NCBI GenBank assembly: GCA_003282105.1
Contig: QCAB01000001.1
Span: 49,785 to 113,784 of the forward strand
Length of the DNA: 64,000 bases
Source of the DNA: SAR86 cluster bacterium AG-339-G14
Lineage (GTDB): Bacteria > Pseudomonadota > Gammaproteobacteria > Magnimaribacterales > AG-339-G14
Direction of reading: 5' to 3'
Shown: piece after piece, positions 61,593-64,000 of the stretch
How the letters are laid out: every line of letters begins with the position of its first letter
How positions within the stretch are numbered: position 1 is the stretch's first letter
Program-made: the position numbers and the translations under genes
Notes under the pieces: generated by a model
Database searches by the model: none
What the model saw: only the letters and a program-made list of their open reading frames with translations
What the model was told of the DNA's origin: nothing

Positions 61593-61616
61593 TTTAAAGT
61601 TCATCCGCTTCTTCTC

Positions 61617-62561
61617 ATGAAAGATTCGGATGAATTTAGTTTTTTAAAAGAAACATTTAAATCCTTGGGGAGTCAATATTTTGACACCTCAGGGATAATC
61701 ATTGGGCCGGGCGATGATGCCGGTTTGGTCGAAAATAACAAAGAAACTATCTATTCGGTGGACGCTTCTGTTTCAGGTATCCACTTTCCAGAAAATCTTT
61801 CTCCGCACTTAATAGCATACAGATCCGTTAGTACTGCAGCTAGTGACATTGCAGCTTGTGGCGGCAGCTTAAAATGGATTTTAGTTTCTCTGACTGTTAA
61901 TAATAAAGATTTAAGCTGGATGAGAAGTTTCGTTAAGGGATTAAAAAACTTTTCCGAAGATTACTCTTGTCCTGTTTTGGGCGGCGATCTTACTAAGGGA
62001 GCTCAAGAAAATATTTCTATCACAGCGTGCGGTGAATTGAATAAAGAAAATTTTTTAAAAAGAAGCGGTGCAAAAGAAGGAGATTTAATCTTTCTAACTG
62101 GGACATTAGGCCAAGCTAAAAAAGGTTTGAAACTCATCGAAGAAAATATGGCTCAAATAGATCTAAATTCAAATTTTGTAAAAAAATTTTTGAGTCCAAA
62201 GTTGAACTTTAAGTTTGCTGCTGAACTTTCTAGTATCGCCAATAGTTGCATTGATGTTTCTGACGGTTTGATATCAGACCTGGGACATATTCTCGAAGCA
62301 AGCAAGTTAGGGGGTGAAATAAATGTTGAAAAGATCTCGTTTGTAGGGCCAGTTGAAGACGCGCTTACTTGGGGCGATGATTATGAGCTTCTTATGACAA
62401 TTTCTCCCAATCGAAAGAAAAATTTATTGGAAATATCTAAAAGATTTAATGTCGAGATATCGGAAATAGGTAAAATTACAAAAGAAACTAATTTAAGAGT
62501 AATTGAAAAAGGTAGCTTAGTAAGTTTTCCAAAATCTGGATACAATCATTTTAATGAGTAA
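61617..62561 (+). CDS. thiL: Thiamine-monophosphate kinase
   Basis: 314 aa. GPGDDAG, AIR-synthase-like fold motifs (DASVSGIHF, GGDLT, DVSDGL). thiL-pgpA linkage. Confidence 0.85.
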   Translation: MKDSDEFSFLKETFKSLGSQYFDTSGIIIGPGDDAGLVENNKETIYSVDASVSGIHFPENLSPHLIAYRSVSTAASDIAACGGSLKWILVSLTVNNKDLSWMRSFVKGLKNFSEDYSCPVLGGDLTKGAQENISITACGELNKENFLKRSGAKEGDLIFLTGTLGQAKKGLKLIEENMAQIDLNSNFVKKFLSPKLNFKFAAELSSIANSCIDVSDGLISDLGHILEASKLGGEINVEKISFVGPVEDALTWGDDYELLMTISPNRKKNLLEISKRFNVEISEIGKITKETNLRVIEKGSLVSFPKSGYNHFNE

Positions 62562-63063
62562 AAACTTTTCAATCTTTTCTTCTCCCTTTTCATTCATAGC
62601 TACTCTATTTGGCATAGGCAAATTACCTGTTGCACCTGGAACTTGGGGATCAATTTTCGGTCTTCTGACTTATCTTTATTTCACAATTTATTTTTCCTTA
62701 AGTTTATTGGCGGTAACAGTCATTACACTATTTATTGCTTTGTTTTCAGTTTGGGTTTGTGAAAAAGCTACATTTTATCTTTCAAGAGAAGAGAAAGATC
62801 AAAAATCTATTGTGTTAGACGAATTTGCTGGAATATGGATAGCTTGTTGTCCAGCAGCGACTATTTTAATGGTTCAAGAAGTTATTGTTTATTCTCTAAT
62901 AGCTTTTCTTTTTTTTCGCTTATTTGATATTTGGAAACCTTATCCAATCAATTTCATGGATGCAAAATTAAAAAATGGTTTTGGAATAGTTTTCGATGAT
63001 CTTTTAGCGGGTCTATATGCTGCTATTTCATCGAGTTTAGTTTTTTATTTATTTGTTCAATAA
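62554..63063 (+). CDS. pgpA: Phosphatidylglycerophosphatase A
   Basis: 169 aa. GIGKLPVAPGTWGS, DEFAG and DIWKPYP motifs; multi-pass membrane protein. Confidence 0.85.
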   Translation: MSKNFSIFSSPFSFIATLFGIGKLPVAPGTWGSIFGLLTYLYFTIYFSLSLLAVTVITLFIALFSVWVCEKATFYLSREEKDQKSIVLDEFAGIWIACCPAATILMVQEVIVYSLIAFLFFRLFDIWKPYPINFMDAKLKNGFGIVFDDLLAGLYAAISSSLVFYLFVQ

Positions 63064-64000
63064 TATTTTCCTTACTGAGTCCCGCTTCTTTTTTCTGATC
63101 AAGCGGAGAACCGACTTTTGGAAAATGATCAGGGATTCCAATGTTTAAAACATTAGTTGAGATAAAATTTTGATTTAAAACTTCATTAACGGCAGATCCA
63201 GCACCTCCAGCAACGACATTTTCTTCAAGAGTGACTAATAACTTATTTGATCGTGCAAGTTTTAATAACAAAGATTCGTCTATAGGTTTAACAAATCTCA
63301 TATCGATTAAACTGTAATTTAGTTCCTCTGAAATTTCTTCAGCAATTGGAAGAAGTGATCCAAAAGAAAGCAGAACTACATCGCTGTCTACTTCTTTAAG
63401 CGTCCTTGCTTTTCCTATTTCAATTTTTTCTTCCAAATGAGTAATTTCATTTCCTGGTCCAGAACCTCTTGGGTATCTTACTGCTACCGGAGTTTTTAAA
63501 TCGTATCCAGTATTTAACATTAACCACAATTCATTCTCATCAGAGGGAGTCATTAAGGTTAAATTAGGTACACATCTAAGAAAGGTCAGATCAAATATGC
63601 CAGCATGTGTTGCACCGTCCTCGCCAACAAAGCCGGCTCTATCGATGGCTAACATAACATCTAAATTTTGGATTGCGACATCGTGAATTAGTTGATCGTA
63701 AGCTCTTTGTAAAAAAGTCGAATAAATTGCTAATACTGGTTTTTTGCCCGAACACGCCAAACCTGCAGCGAAAGTCATGCTGTGTTGCTCTGCAATCGCA
63801 ACGTCATAAAACTGATCTGGAAATACTTTTGAAAAGTTTACAAGCCCTGAGCCTTCAGTCATTGCTGGTGTAATTGCAATTAAATTGTTATCTTCCTCTG
63901 CTTTCTTGCAGGCCCATTCTCCAAAAATATCTGAATATTTAGGTTTTTTATTCATGGATAATTCAGAAGGTCCTGGCATTTTTGAAATTGCATGAAATCC
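63023..64000 (-). CDS. dxs: 1-deoxy-D-xylulose-5-phosphate synthase, C-terminal ~325 codons (5' end lies beyond the window)
   Basis: YSDIFGEWACKKAEEDNNLIAITPAMTEGSGLVNFSKVFPDQFYDVAIAEQHSMTFAAGLA...IDRAGFVGEDGATHAGIFDL matches the Dxs pyrimidine-binding and C-terminal domains. The frame stays open to nt 64000 (GFHAISKMPGP...). Confidence 0.93.
   Translation of the reverse strand, partial: GFHAISKMPGPSELSMNKKPKYSDIFGEWACKKAEEDNNLIAITPAMTEGSGLVNFSKVFPDQFYDVAIAEQHSMTFAAGLACSGKKPVLAIYSTFLQRAYDQLIHDVAIQNLDVMLAIDRAGFVGEDGATHAGIFDLTFLRCVPNLTLMTPSDENELWLMLNTGYDLKTPVAVRYPRGSGPGNEITHLEEKIEIGKARTLKEVDSDVVLLSFGSLLPIAEEISEELNYSLIDMRFVKPIDESLLLKLARSNKLLVTLEENVVAGGAGSAVNEVLNQNFISTNVLNIGIPDHFPKVGSPLDQKKEAGLSKENIIEQINKKLNSMK

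Overview
AT-rich, very tightly packed chromosomal segment of a streamlined gammaproteobacterium. Gene order is block-wise colinear with Pseudomonas-type chromosomes. The low GC and three very large TonB-dependent receptors suggest a marine SAR86-like lineage, but that assignment is inference and needs a 16S search. The window holds the 3' end of argC, then erpA, anmK, an M23 peptidase and tyrS. A complete 16S-23S-5S rrn operon follows, with no spacer tRNAs. About 50 further CDS are mostly housekeeping: gltBD, aroKB, mrcA, slmA-argB-algC, ilvE, panBC, lpxL, waaA, glnB, miaA, hflKC-hisZ-purA, nusB-ribH-ribBA-ribD-nrdR-glyA, nth, a thiolase, thiL-pgpA and a partial dxs. By eye I found no transposase, integrase, CRISPR array, tRNA gene or recognisable defence system. 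The non-routine content is: (1) an orphan CobS/CobT-type AAA+/VWA pair co-directional with a ferritin-like diiron oxygenase and a type II pantothenate kinase; (2) a six-gene glycosyltransferase / methyltransferase / prenyltransferase-like island wedged between ilvE and panBC; (3) a tandem pair of paralogous ~1000-aa TonB-dependent receptors with conserved cysteine pairs and a palindrome-rich leader, followed by a thiolase; (4) a P19/FetP-like periplasmic iron protein without a permease, in an odd cysE-tesB operon beside a third receptor; (5) clean deletions or rearrangements of conserved gammaproteobacterial blocks (pilMNOPQ, hfq-hflX and riboflavin synthase absent; nusB separated from thiL by an apparent ~13 kb inversion). 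All functional calls rest on motif and family recognition by eye from the supplied translations. No database search was run.
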